A DNA stretch of 48,372 nt from Bigelowiella natans CCMP2755 (taxonomy: Eukaryota; Protista; Cercozoa): positions 1 through 48,372 of the forward strand of contig ADNK01003221.1 of the NCBI GenBank assembly GCA_000320545.1. The letters are read 5' to 3'. The position numbers and the translations under genes were made by a program. Under the pieces are notes generated by a model that did no database searches, was not told where the DNA came from, and saw only the letters and a list, made by a program, of their open reading frames with translations. Numbering within the stretch: the stretch's first letter is position 1; each line of letters begins with the position of its first letter. Shown here one piece after another: positions 1 to 13,426 of this stretch.

Positions 1-15
1 GGTGAAATATAACGA

Positions 16-358
16 TAACCCTAACCCTAACCCTAACCCTAACCCTAACCCTAACCCTAACCCTAACCCTAACCCTAACCCTAACCCTAACCCTAACCCT
101 AACCCTAACCCTAACCCTAACCCTAACCCTAACCCTAACCCTAACCCTAACCCTAACCCTAACCCTAACCCTAACCCTAACCCTAACCCTAACCCTAACC
201 CTAACCCTAACCCTAACCCTAACCCTAACCCTAACCCTAACCCTAACCCTAACCCTAACCCTAACCCTAACCCTAACCCTAACCCTAACCCTAACCCTAA
301 CCCTAACCCTAACCCTAACCCTAACCCTAGCCCTAACCCTAACCCTAACCCTAACCCT
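16..358 (+). repeat. Telomeric repeat array (CCCTAA)n / (TTAGGG)n, about 57 units
   Basis: Uninterrupted TAACCC hexamers from 16, one TAGCCC variant at 328-333, then decayed units. The C-rich strand at the 5' end fits a left chromosome end. Confidence 0.97.
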
Positions 359-891
359 CATCCCAGCCCTGGCTTGAACTCTCACCACTTTCCGTGACTC
401 AAAAAACCCTGGTCGGTTTTTGGGACCAGTTTTCCTCACTTTGACCCTCGTTTCGATCGTCACCTTGGTCGTGGCCTAGGAGAAAACCCTGACCAAAAAC
501 CCTGACATTTTGTTGTCCACGTGCAAACTTGAGATTGTGTTGGCTTTGATTTGCACTCACACATCTTGGATGTGCGTTGTGTGTGATGTTTGCACACAAC
601 ATGCATCACCTGCTGTGTCAATTGTGCACGTGCGGTGACCTTGCTGATGTGCACGTCATTGGTGCGTGCGCAAAGCCACGACAATGCATGGTCAATCGTG
701 CTGATGTGTGCGTTGCATGTTGCACACAAGCAATCGCACATTTCGCGTGTTGGAACGACTTTGCCGAGAAAGGCAGGACAACACGCCACGGCGACGTTGC
801 AATGCCGCGCGGATTCGACCCCAATGTGCACAACTGTCCTGCCTGTCACTGCCATGCATTTTTGCTGCTGTCGTGCGAGCTGCTGCGATTT
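359..891. other. Short subtelomeric segment with decayed telomere-like units; almost free of TpA
   Basis: CCCTGG and ACCCTGAC variants at 367-372, 406-412 and 486-506. I count one TA dinucleotide in about 530 bp, inside CCTAGG near 475-480. Confidence 0.75.
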
Positions 892-2103
892 TTAGCCAGA
901 GGAAGTACCAGTGATAGAAGCAGTTGTAGCCCAATCTCTAGGTTTTCCAGTTAGGATTTTGAGTAGCTTATCTTCTTCCGTACCATGTTTTGGCAAATGT
1001 TTGTACATGAAGCCAACTGTGAGAGGCAAAGACATGAGCACAGCCTCGATGTTGACTCCTGGAACGCTGAAACCCTGTCATCATCAAAGCACACATATCT
1101 TTCATCATCTTGTGTAAATTCTGCTACAACTACCTCCTACAATCTTTTTATCATCATCATCATCATCATCTCATGTTCTTACAAATTTTGTTCCACGATC
1201 ATATACGAGATTGAACTCAACATAGCGTCCATGTCGTAGAGCTTGCCATTTTTTTTCAGTTTCGCCGTACTTTTCCTCACTCCTTTGTAGTAGTAGTCGT
1301 AGTAGTACGTACGTGGCATTGCAGTATTACAGGTAGTAGTGGTAGTATTTGGAATAGTTAACTTCTGATATATAATTCCTCAATACTATGACGACACCAT
1401 TCTACTCCTTCCTCCTTTTCAGAAGACAAGGGCTGCTGTTTTCCTTTGCTCTGATGAGCAATGAATACTCATGCTTATAATAATACCTCTTCTGCAAGAT
1501 TGGAAAGTAGGATGGTTCGAATGTATCCGCACAATCCTATCAATAATGGGATGGACGAAGATTGATCAATAATAGTGCATAGAATCTATATACAGTAGCC
1601 ACTATTGCTTAATATAACTAACACGTAAATAATAAATATTGGGTGTATATTTCTCAGTATTCCGTAATCTTTCTCTCATTCATGCCTAAAATTGAAGAAG
1701 TTCTTCAGCCTTCATGTTCACCAAATTCTTGGTACTCATTATAACACTATATCGTCGTTGTCTTATGATGAATCCCCCCTCTCCTTTTTCTCTACCTTTA
1801 CAAATGAAAAGATGTTCTCCTTTGATCCAGAGTCCTGATGAAACATGAACAACATTATCATTGTGTAATAATAAATTATTATGCGAATTATTATGCGTTA
1901 TTCCAGCGTTTTCGCCGTGACATTTCTTTTTCTTTTTCTTCAACAAGAATGATTTTATGAACATCAACATCCTCTCATTCTTCTTGGTCCATAGAGGTTT
2001 TACAACCAAATCGTCAAAAAATATGCCCCCAATTCCCCTTGCCTCCTTTCTTGCAGTATGATAAAAGTACCTATAAATGGGGAGGGTGTTGGGACAGCAG
2101 TAA

Positions 2104-2134
<31 letters not shown>

Positions 2135-3718
2135 TATAATTACTCGTCGGCCCACTTCTTGAATTTTGGATAATATTCAGGGTTGTGCTTGTCACATGCT
2201 CTTTTCAGTAGAGAATGCAAGTGATGAGCGTCCTGCAACAACCAAAAAGGATATTATCTATCATCATCAGCTCTATAATATTATTGCCGCTACTGCTGCT
2301 ACAATTATCCTCGCCAAGGAATCATTCAATGACAATACCATCAATACCTCTTCGAATAGGTAAATTGGGGTAAGATCCTGACCTCCACCAAACCACCTGA
2401 TAATATTGATGATGATTATGGACATAGTAGTGGATTGCGTGATGAATTGAGGCAGAAAGGAAAGGAAGATACAAAGATCTGTAGTAGTTGATAGAGTAGT
2501 AGTTCTATGTCCCAAAAGAAGCCGCAAGAAAGCATTGATGTCATCATTTGATCATAGGCAGTTGTAGTAGTAACATGGCTCCTCCTACATACTACTACTA
2601 CCATGCAACTACTGATCCATCGTCTTTTGTGATCTGGAAATGTCGATAATTGAAGTGTACTGTTGGAGCTTTCGGATTCACTTTTAATCATACAAAACCA
2701 GCAAACGGATTCACTTCAGTAATACAAAAGCAGCAATAGTTATTGCTACATTAGTTGTAAAAACCTCTACTTCGCATACAATTAATAATTTTATGCAGCA
2801 GCAACAGCACTACCAAAAACAAGAACAACTGTATTGTTGAATAACTTATATCCATCATACTTCATCATCATCATCATGATGCATTACATTGTATACATTT
2901 TAACAATTACCTGGATGCACAATGCAACTAATGCCATTGACCCACATACTGAGATCATTTACTTCACCAGTAGCTAGATATTCCTATCAAGTGGTGGCAG
3001 TAGTACAGCACATTAGACTACATGTAGGTTGGTGGTGAGACGTTCCTTCTCAAATACAGTAGTAGCTCTATCCTCCTCGCCTTTCATTAATTGGAAGAGT
3101 TATATTAAATACATTGCACACAGATTCCCCAATGTTCCACGGAGATAATGCTAAATTGATGTTTACTTGCAGGGGGAGGGGGGAAGTAGATGTTCTTCTT
3201 CTTCAAAAAATAGACTAGTTAATCATATTAATGTAATAATACTCATATACTACTCCCAACAACCTAACCTATCTGTCTACCTACCTACCTTTAGTGCTGG
3301 ATGATTATGGGCCATTTGCTTCGCCATTCCTGATTTATTGTTGATGATGGCTCTAATTATCATTCATTCTTTCGGTGTTATGTTATGATGGATAATATCT
3401 ACCAACAAAATACTACGACTAACTACTCATCATCATTATAATAATCTGAATCAAGACATTTTTTCATTCAGCTGTTACAATTTCATTTTGAATTATTATT
3501 ATTTAGGTCTACCACTACTACTTTCTACTACTACTACTTGGGTTGAGCTTCTTGCTTAACATCGTCACTCCTGATAAAATAATAAAATAAAAAAATGATA
3601 AATTATGGTAGTATTGACCATCATTCTGCAGTATCTATTTATATATTGATTGTTGTACGGATTACCTACTCCAGCTTTCTCCACAACTAGTCCTGTGTTG
3701 TACAGCACGTATCAGTCT

Positions 3719-3759
<41 letters not shown>

Positions 3760-5449
3760 AGTGTGTTGATGCTAGTAGAAAGAACTAATACCACACCTAC
3801 TGAGTTATTATAAATCATGGAGATAATAAATAGTATTAACGTCGTTTACCGCCTTGCATCACCGCAGTGATACCCAATTTTCCATTTTCTCGCCTGGTGA
3901 AAAAGTAAATTCAATTATACTTGGCACACTGCTCGAAAAAAAGAGATCTATGAATAAGGAAATTGATTACGATGATTATCACAGAAATGTCTTCTCGTCG
4001 CTTTTCTCTTACCTGTCATCCACATCGACACGAAATTTCAAGGGTGTTTCCAGGCCTAAATATGAGTAGTCATCGTCACTATCATCAACATCATCATTAG
4101 GACACATAGATCTGCTGCACGTACTGCACCTTTGCGATCTGAATGGAAATATGCGTTTTCGACCCAAGCCTACAGAATAATAATAACAAGTCAACAGAGA
4201 TTACATTCACATCATTAATAGAATTAATCCTGCATTTTGGTATTAATTTACACTTTAACCTTACGCTCCATTGCGTCCAACCTAAAAGGAGTGTTTAGTC
4301 TATTATTCGATGTTTGCAAATCTTAACACATCTGTGGAGTGTCATTAATCCCCATTCTTCCATACCGTTGAATTATCGACGCTTGCAACATAGTAGTCAG
4401 CTGCACCATATCTATCTTTGTTTTGTCTCCACACTCTTCTTCTAAGGCACCTTATAGCAGTATTAGTAGTAGTGGTAGTAGTAGCAGTAGTAAGAGTAAT
4501 GAAATGGAGAAAGAAGTACTTTATAATAAGAAATGAGTATTGGCCAGAGTATTTATTTACCGAGAGGATACACAGGACAAAATAAAGAGATATTTGTGGT
4601 GGAAGTAATAATTAGAAAAATAGTCGTCGAAATGCTGGAGCTAGTTTGTAGACGGAGAGATCATCATGGAAGAACTATTAAAGCGGAAAACATGCTAAAG
4701 CTTCTGCTCTAATTTCATCTTAACAAAAAACCAGTGTACTTAATTTTATCCTTTCAGAAATGAGAAGCAATTAAAGTGGCTTTTCATCCTCTATCCTGCC
4801 TATCATCGGTATATTCCCCTCCTCCTCCTCCCCCTCCTCCGTTGTTAATGTACCAAGGAAGAATTTATAGGCCCATTCTCCTCCGTAATACGGTTGTCCA
4901 CTTCCTACCCACTGATCGCCTTAGAAACGACGACGGTGACGACGACATATTCAACGAACGATGTTAGGATGTGTGTTCTTAAAATATGTGGTGTGTAGTA
5001 GTTAATGGTGAGTATTCCAACAAAATTCTTCTTGTTCTCGTCGTTCTTCCTACGATGTTTTTGAGTGGCCTCTGCAAAGCGCCATGTCGAAATCTATTTG
5101 ATAATAGCAACAACAATTCTCTGTAAAAATACTACGAATTTTACGAAGGATTCGATGGAACAATAAGGGGTAATTAATGTCATCGTTATCATTATGATAA
5201 TCATTTTGATCATCATCTCATCATCATCTTCACATCATTATCTGCCTCACAATCACCATTATCATAAGCATCATACAATCATTATTAGTCAACTATGCCA
5301 ACGGTAATATATTCGAAAAATGATGGAGTCTAGCTAGCTACCATAGTGCTGGCTCCGACTAGTGACACAGAGACAGCAGTTGCAGCTTTGAGCAGCGTGC
5401 GTCGTCGTCGGGTTGTAAAAGAAAGAAATCGAGTAACGAAGAGTGGCAT
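892..5449 (-). CDS. CPOX: Oxygen-dependent coproporphyrinogen III oxidase, about 18-20 small exons, with a putative mitochondrial presequence
   Basis: GT-AG exons translate to VVEKAGVG (~3666-3692), [35 protein letters not shown] (2348-2396), [40 protein letters not shown] (2007-2070), [13 protein letters not shown] (1796-1834), [18 protein letters not shown] and [11 protein letters not shown]...PRDW. Stop TAA at 892-894. The start [17 protein letters not shown] at 5449 is inferred. Confidence 0.93.
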
Positions 5450-5949
5450 TGTAATGCAAGGATTTGGTTTCGCTGGTAGTACCACCCTGCTGCTGCTTGT
5501 TGCGACTAGTCTATTCTGAAAGGAGGTTTGGGCGGAGGAGGGTAGGTAGATCTGCTGGGTGTGGCGATACGAGCACTGCGGGCACTGCTGTCAGTGGGGT
5601 AGTTATTACCCGTTGTTATTAGATTAATCCCGGGATTGTTTGCTCCTCATTACATGTACATGTACATGTACTATTTTAATTTTGATGAATGCGTTCGCGT
5701 AGTTCGCGTGGATGTTTTCCAATTTTTTCACCTAAAAACCCAATGATTAGCCGACGACACGCATCACACGACGAAAAGCCGTTGTGCAAGTGTGCAGTCA
5801 TTTGTTGACCATTTACAGAGCGTTCCGTAGGAAAAAGTGGTACTTGAAGCTATTAGTTACCGGAAACGGCAGCAAGAAATATTGGCGGAAACATCGTACT
5901 AGATCTAAACATACACACGTTTGGATTTTAGTGGTAAAAGACATCATGA

Positions 5950-6902
5950 ACACCTTGTCGTAGCAAGGATATCACCAAACATTTGTTACAAAATTATGCG
6001 ATAGGAGTAGTAACGATCGTACGCAGCCTGGATGATCAGCTGGATCAACCTGCTCGTGGTATATGTAGTAGTATCTGGCTCTCCCCTTGTCTGGCACAGT
6101 GTTAGATATATTCTTCAAGCTTCAAGCAGTGTGTTGAGCACTTGTGCGGCACCCTGCTGCTCTTTACTCATGCTGTTCTGCCGCTGTGAGTGGACCTGTT
6201 ATGCAGATTTGTTATGATCCGTGCATCCTGCTAAGTAATAAGGTTTGGTGGGGATAATATCCTCAGTGAAATTGGATTACTCACGACGCTGACGATGCGA
6301 GGAGTCGTCCAATATTTCTCAATAATCGTAGTAATAGTGCTCGTTATCGAAGGCCAATGTGCTGTATTAGAACACTCTGCTACTCGAGATTGTTCGAAGC
6401 ATTTCGGAACTTATCACCGTGGTGGTATCAATAAGCTAAGGTCAGCATAATTTGACAATGGAAAAACTGAAGCCTAATTTTTACAAAATACGTAAAGGAA
6501 AAGAATCATAGAGACTCGTGCAGTCAAAGATCCAAGAAGATACAACATTTATGTTAGAACGGTAGTACACTTGGCGTTGAATATGATATTGAAATAGCTT
6601 CATGACCTAGATCATACAGGAATTACCAAACTGGAGAAATGTGCAAATTGAACCTGAGAAGACTGCTCCAATGCCAAAAATTGATAAGTACAAGATAATT
6701 CATTCAAAACATACATACAACTATGCGTACACATAATGATTTAAAACACACACTTTATCATTAAGTGACGAGGATGTGTATGAGAGCATGGAAGCATCGA
6801 TTCATCTTCTTGGGCCTGTGACAGCTCTCTCGGTAACTCGTTGTTCCTCCATCTTCATGAGTGAAATGATAAACACACACACACACATACACACACACAC
6901 AC

Positions 6903-6945
<43 letters not shown>

Positions 6946-8242
6946 ATGTCTGTGTGTTTGTACATATACGAATATTTACTGAATTATGCTTAATGAAAGA
7001 CAAAGGTTGCAATGGTAATAAGGCCAAAAATGAACATAATACTCTTGAAGGTTGCACAAGGGTGGCTCCAAATGGATGTCAATATGAGCAAAGAAGAGCA
7101 TGATAGAATACAAAAAATGATGCTTTGGGTCACAGATATTCAGGTTACATCCACAAAGTTATGTTTCTTAAACAAATTGCAAATGTTATTACGATAAGTC
7201 ACATCCATGCTTGTAATATTTTTAAACTCGCCGATACATGCATATTGACGCTCAAGAATTGGTTAAGGATTCCTCTTTATTGCAGCATTTATGATTCTAA
7301 CAGCCTCAGTATCCAAAAACATGGCATCAAAACAACTTGCCTCACAAATACGTCTTAGGGTAAAGTTAGTAATAACTTATGACGTAGTAGTATATGGCCC
7401 CCTCCGGTTGTTGTTCTATCCACTTATTGTAACACGCTTTTACTTTCAAATGTGTATGTTATTCCAGTGTTATGTTCTGTCGGCAGCAACTTTTGCCTTG
7501 ACTATTATATTCAACCTTAATATTCTCATTAACAGCTCATTCGCGCAGGAAGAATGTTTGAGTATTATGCTTATCACCGTTGAATTTGTGGATTGGTACT
7601 AGTATAAAATTATCAATGCAGCATACTTCTATATTACCCACTTTCTATGTCGTTGCAGTACAATCGAGTAGAGCCTGTGTAACACAAAGTATCCTTTGTT
7701 TTGTCACTCTTTTCAGGCTTCCATCATGTCCTCTATTCAGTGTTCAACATTTACATTTCAACCCGAACAACAAAGGTTTGAATATGAATGGGGGAGTGAG
7801 TGGGTAGTAACCTAAATGAATTACCCCCCCCCCCCCCCCCCCCCCTCTCTCTCTCTCTCTCTGTCTGTGTCTATGCGTCCATCAAGGCATGAAAGACCTT
7901 GCAGCGATTAAAACTGTCAACAAATTAAAGGAGATCAGCGACAGGTGGCAGCCATAATTAAAATGCAATAATTTAACTTGACTTCTGGCTGATGGTATAA
8001 TAATGGTACATCAGCCTTCATGTCCCAATTGTTTATAAGAATTTCCAAGAGGATGACAAGGAAGAAATGGACCTCCTTAGGTATTATTACTAATCTGTAT
8101 AATAGTGTGTCATTATTAAACAGAGGATGAAAGGCATTTTTAATGTTATAGGCTACTACTTGTCCGTGATGACAACAATAGTTGGAAGTTTTTACTCGAG
8201 CATGTTGCTGGAATATTCCCAGATGTACCAACTATCGAATAA
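5950..8242 (+). CDS. Multi-exon gene of unknown function; 5' part unresolved and possibly disrupted
   Basis: Several AG/GT-bounded exons give plausible protein: IIQELPNWRNVQIEPEK (~6611), DEDVYESMEASIHLLGPV, VAQGWLQMDVNMSKEEHDRIQKMMLWVTDIQ, MKDLAAIKTVNKLKEISDR|LHVPIVYKNFQEDDKEEMDLLR|LLLVRDDNNSWKFLLEHVAGIFPDVPTIE* (TAA 8240-8242). No family recognised. Confidence 0.5.
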
Positions 8243-8480
8243 CGATGAAGTACTGCTAATTACTGGAAATTGAAGTTGCATACAACATTGCACGAACAAT
8301 GCTTCATTGAACATACTCTAAATAATATTGCCCACATAGAATCGCAATGATACAGGATAACTACATTACGGTTTTCGAAAATTCTATCTAGCGGTGATAG
8401 TAATCGTGTATTCATGAACCGTGAAGCTTGGTATCATTCTTGCGAAAACAGTGAAATCGTGTAAAGTATACTATTATGAT

Positions 8481-8514
<34 letters not shown>

Positions 8515-9749
8515 TATAAAAATGTGTGTGTGTCCGTCTGTCTGTCTGTCTGTCTAAGTCTGTCTGTGTGTGTGCGTGTACAATAACAATGTGCGTGCAT
8601 AATAAACCTGCAACCCACGCAGCGACAAAAGCGAATCTTACCCACAAATGATGATTCATTCATTGAGCTTCAAATGCTGAGAACAAAGATCACATGTTCA
8701 CATCTATGCAACCCTTTCTTGACAACAAAGGCGCGACCTATTCTTTGTGTTGCATTTTCACATTGTTCACTTCAGCATGTTCAGCATTTTTGTGCGGCAC
8801 AAGCATCATTTTTTGTTTCAACATGGCTATGCTTGCCAAGATCAGCATGTAGTTGGGCGGGAGAAAATGAAAGTCGAGATGGATGTCGCGATGAATTGTT
8901 GATGAGAATGAATCCACGTGTGCGCTTGGCTGCAAAAGCACGCGTCCAAGTCTACATCGCACAGCAGGGAGCCCTGTCATCAATGGCACTCGAAACGTCA
9001 TCAGTTTGAACAACGTATAAACGAGAACATTGAAACAGAATAAAGTCGAGGCGACAGGGGGCTAGCCCTCAATTTTTTCAGTGCGTGATCTCGCAATATG
9101 TTGCGATGACGTAGCGGCGAGTGTGTTGCGGGCCTGCGATGCAAATTCACATTATTCGATCATTGTGTCAACATGCAAGCAAGCAACACAACTCCAATCA
9201 CAATGCACAGTGTGGCTTCTGGAACATTTCCTGACTTTTTTTGTTTTTTTCGATTCGCAAAAATTGTCATCATCCACATGCTAATCTTAGCAACTAGCCA
9301 CACGTTTGATTCTGCCCCACGTGATGCGACACATGCTCGCATCACACCAGTGCAGATCGTTGCCTAGATTGTTTGCATCTGTCGATCTAGACATGCACTT
9401 TAGCTAACAAGGCTAAGCGATTGCATGCTACGCGTGCAATTGTCGGCACATCTAGACATGCGGTCAGACGACGACATGTGCTAGTGTGCGGAATAATCGA
9501 AAATCATCATCATTGATCAGCTTGCACTAACGAGCCGCTAGCTATGTCACACGTGCGCCATTCTCTAGTTCTAGCTAGGCTAGCCAAAGTGCACATGTAC
9601 CGGAATGTACTAGCATGGCGATCAAACGATGCACGAGGACACAGTGTGCGGTGCCAATGAAAATTAAAAACATAGGAAATACAATTAAAGAAGGGCAATA
9701 ACCTTTTTATTGATACTTTAATCGTTCAATTCATGTAAGATAGTGTTGT

Positions 9750-10007
9750 CTAAAGTGGATTCATATCTCCTGCCCTCACTGGTCCTTTAGAATCTCCACC
9801 TGAGTTCTTTTGGGATATCATCACCGCGAAATCATTGGCTTGGAGACTCATTCTCAAAAGCAATCTTCGCAAATCGCGCACATATTCGTTTCCAATATCT
9901 AGAGCCTTTTCGTAGGTTTCAACTCGGAGATCTGTGTCCCTCGCAATAACCACCTTTGCATAAGAACAAAGGAAAAATAATAAGATGACGCTCCAACGGT
10001 GCTCTTC

Positions 10008-10044
<37 letters not shown>

Positions 10045-10059
10045 CATATTTACATATTG

Positions 10060-10098
<39 letters not shown>

Positions 10099-12130
10099 TG
10101 TGTGTGTATTGACTTTTGTTAGCACCTTTTTCACATTATCGATTCTTGCTTGAACAGCTCCACGTTCAATCAGACTAACAAGCCTATTTTCCATTTCATT
10201 TTGTGAAACCCCGAACGCTTCTGCCATTCTTGAGATCTTTGCATGAGAGAAAGGTCTGAAGAACAATCACACGTCTTGAGATATTATTAATAATATTTTG
10301 TGGAGAATTTAACTTACACAAAGTATTGTACGACTGCAAGCTCATGAATCTTTTGGTAAAGGTCCTTTTGATGTTTTGACATGTAATAATCTAGAAGAAC
10401 GTCCACCTGTTCATCAAATTTGTATGAATACGATCAGGCAAGCCATTTTTTCCTCCTGTATCGCATATGTAGTATTTATACCTTCATTGACTCTAGATGC
10501 TCAAAAGCTTTCTTGAACTTGCATTGAACAAAATTTTGAACCATCTCTACAAGACCCGGTACGAGGGACATGAACTTCTTGAATTCTCCGGATTTCAGTA
10601 ACTATAAGTTCATTCATAATGTCAGACTAAATAGAGACTGGGCACAAGAAAATTACGCTTGATTGCAGCTGTGCCCTTCGAAACGATGCCATTGCGCATA
10701 AGGTTCCATAAATCGCTACATCCCGTTTCGAAATAATCTGGTTTGGTAAATGGACGATGAGAAATGCACAAAACGAGTAGATGAATACGCTTGCATATCC
10801 ATAATCCATACTTTTTACCTCTGGGCAATCAATTTCGAAGGAAATGAGTTTGAATACATGTGCTGCATTCTCGAATTGGCCCTTTACTAAGTGATGGATT
10901 CCACTTGCAGCTTTAATCTTAGCCTGGACAGCTGCCTTCGTTCCAAACTGGGTCTTTAACTTTGGACCCCATATCTAATCAGATTATACATTTAGGAGAT
11001 AGATAGATGGTGAGAAACGTTGTTGAACAATATATATTTGATGCTTATTTCTGACACTACGGTTATTATTATTATTATTATTATCATTATTACCTCAGGT
11101 AGCTTGATCATGGTCGGCCTGAATTCTGATCCTTCCTTATAGATGAGATTCTCTATCTCAGCCAAACGGCAGAATAGTTTATCCTGAAATTGAACAATTA
11201 TATAAATTTGGATTTATTTCACGTAAACTACTACAGTAATAATTCCCCACCTCCACAGAGTTTTGATGGTGAGCAAAATCAGCACATTCCCGCACTCTTA
11301 TCTGTGCATCTCTAAAATTGCTACAATCTTGCAAGAATTTGATGTATTCTCTCCGTTTGGCCTAATTGTCAAAGAGTACTTATTATTTTTCTTGGTCGAC
11401 CAGCACAAGTGAATCATAACCCACTCATAGATTAGTACGATTAGCTACTACCTGAGCCGGAACGTAGTCGTCATCATGTTTGCTAATTTCTGCAGCTAGA
11501 GTGTGATCCCTCTCGTTGTTTTCTCGTCGCATAGTTTCAACCCAAGATGAATCATACCCCCACTCGTCTCCAAGACCCTCCTGCAACAATTCTCTTGCGG
11601 TTGATACGATATTGGTATATCCTTGAACGTCCCTTCCTTTCTTGAGCTCTAATAAATAAGTAAATGATTAAATGTTAAATGCACCATCATAATAGAATAA
11701 GTTCGCACCTGAGATAGCTGTACGGAATGCAGCCAGACGTACGCTTGGACATTTATTGCCGATGAATACCAAGCGCTTTATCTTAAAATACACGCACTTA
11801 TCAGATTTGTTATATAAATTTCGCTCAAAAATATTAGAAGAACCTTCGTGTGTCCTCGGTACTCGGAAATGTAATTCTTAAGATCAAAATCCTTGCACAC
11901 ACAATATACCGGATAAACGTTACTCTGGGTCAATATCTTTGCTTTAAGGGGAGGGGCAAACTTTACTACTACCTGATGTTCAACTTCTTGGTTATTTTTC
12001 GATGATACATGGGCAACTCCGTTGCTCCTATCATTTGGATGTTGGCATGTGATTTATAATTCCGAGATCCATTGGGAAAATATGTCGATTAAAACCTTTT
12101 TTTCTCCTCAACTGACATCGGGGTAATATT
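9750..12130 (-). CDS. GPS1: COP9 signalosome subunit 1 (CSN1/GPS1)-like PCI protein, divergent; start uncertain and may extend to ~12500
   Basis: Exons give FDLKNYISEYRGHTK, IKRLVFIG, YDSSWVETMRR, AKIKAASGIHHLVKGQFENAA, RDVAIYGTLCAMASF, FRPFSHAKISRMAEAFG and the PCI end LIERGAVQARIDNVKKV. Stop TAG at 9750-9752. Confidence 0.82.
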
Positions 12131-12911
12131 CGAGCAATCCCGGTGCTGTTGTCTTTCCTCCGCTGTCGTATTAGATGTTGTGGGTACTTGAGCTGATGTA
12201 GCTTCAGAAGAGGAGCACTTTCGGCGTTTTGATGATGGTTCTATAGGAAGAGGAAATCGATTTGCTGACGATGAAGTGATGGTGACGGCGGAGAGATAAG
12301 CTCCTCTCTGTCCTTGCCCTCTTTAATGATGGATGAATGAAAGCTTTGTGGAAGTTGAACACCTATATGCTCAGGTGTTGGAGGAAAGATACAGCGTTTT
12401 TTTTGCTCGTTTTGCGCAAATTGAGTAGTTGATTGATACGTGCGCCTGCCTGCTGTGTATTGTTTATTGTCTGTGCTCTTCTTGATGGATGAATAGCTAT
12501 GAATCCGGACAGCAGTCTATCAATGCGGGATAGTAAGCAAGCGATTTCAAGCACAGACGTCAAGGCCATATAGTTGTCGTATAGAATAAACGTCCTGTCA
12601 AACAACTCAAATTGTTTCCGAGTAACAATGGTTGTGGAAGTCTCAGAGATATCTCTGAGAAGCGCAAGGAGTCTCGTCTCTGAGAATCTCTGGAAAATTG
12701 CTGCTACTGTCTTCGCAAAACCAGCAGCGTGTGTTACCCACCCAATCCCCCCACCCATCCCCCTCTTCTTTTCTTGCCCAATTTTCTGTAAAAAGAATAT
12801 TGACAAAATGATTGTACAGAAATAAGTGTCTACCTTCAAGACAAAGACAACACCTTCAATAACCTCAGTCCAAACATAACAAATATGCTTTTTCACAGAA
12901 CTATCGCCGCC

Positions 12912-13426
12912 ATGTTTTCTCGTCGACTGATTACAGCTTTTGTTTCTGGCCGGCCTTCAAAGAATCCAAAGAGGATCGCCTCTCTTACTGCAAGGACTTT
13001 TTGCTCTATTAAGGAGAGTACTGGCATTGCAGGGCTAAGGGTGGTTGAAAATGCACGGGAGGTTCTTATTGGCCTCTATCAAAAGACCTTGGAAGATGCT
13101 GAGACCCTTCCCAACTCTGCCGGATACAAAGACTATGTAACCAAGCTCTCTAAGTACAGATTGTCTGTATGTGAAAATCATTCGACGGTAAACGAAATTG
13201 AGAAGGAGATTTCAACTGGTGAAGTAGAGGAGTTGATCCAGGAGGCAGAAGATGAGTTGAAGGTTCTGGAAATGATGAAAGGTTTGTGATCATTCTAACC
13301 CGTTTATCAAACGCATGCAATTATTTTTGTTGAGACTGTTATCATTAATATCTAGAATGGAAACCTTGGGAAGGAGGTCAATCATGGGAATTGCCTTTAA
13401 AATGGAAGGAGTTCGATAGTCGCTAG
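12912..13426 (+). CDS. NDUFA5: NADH:ubiquinone oxidoreductase subunit A5 (B13); exons 12912-13281 and 13356-13426
   Basis: Arg/Ser-rich presequence, then STGIAGLRV, LYQKTL and GEVEELIQEAEDELKVLEMMK|EWKPWE. Confidence 0.92.

Noticed and set aside
1-15. Non-telomeric bases outside the telomere array (interstitial telomere?)
   Set aside because: Only 15 nt at the window edge, so a read-end or adapter artefact cannot be excluded.
2-397. 131-aa (NP)n ORF
   Set aside because: It is the translation of the telomere repeat.
399-954. Overlapping Cys/His-rich ORFs resembling zinc-finger proteins (also 8674-9367, 35269-35718, 37624-38410)
   Set aside because: Loss of TA removes TAA/TAG stops and Tyr codons and inflates Cys/His; there is no real motif spacing.
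1686-1740. Apparent CPOX exon AEELLQF followed by TAG, suggesting stop-codon reassignment
   Set aside because: The true exon is 1796-1834 ([13 protein letters not shown]) with proper splice sites, and TAG ends NDUFA5, CSN1 and DCTN3 normally.
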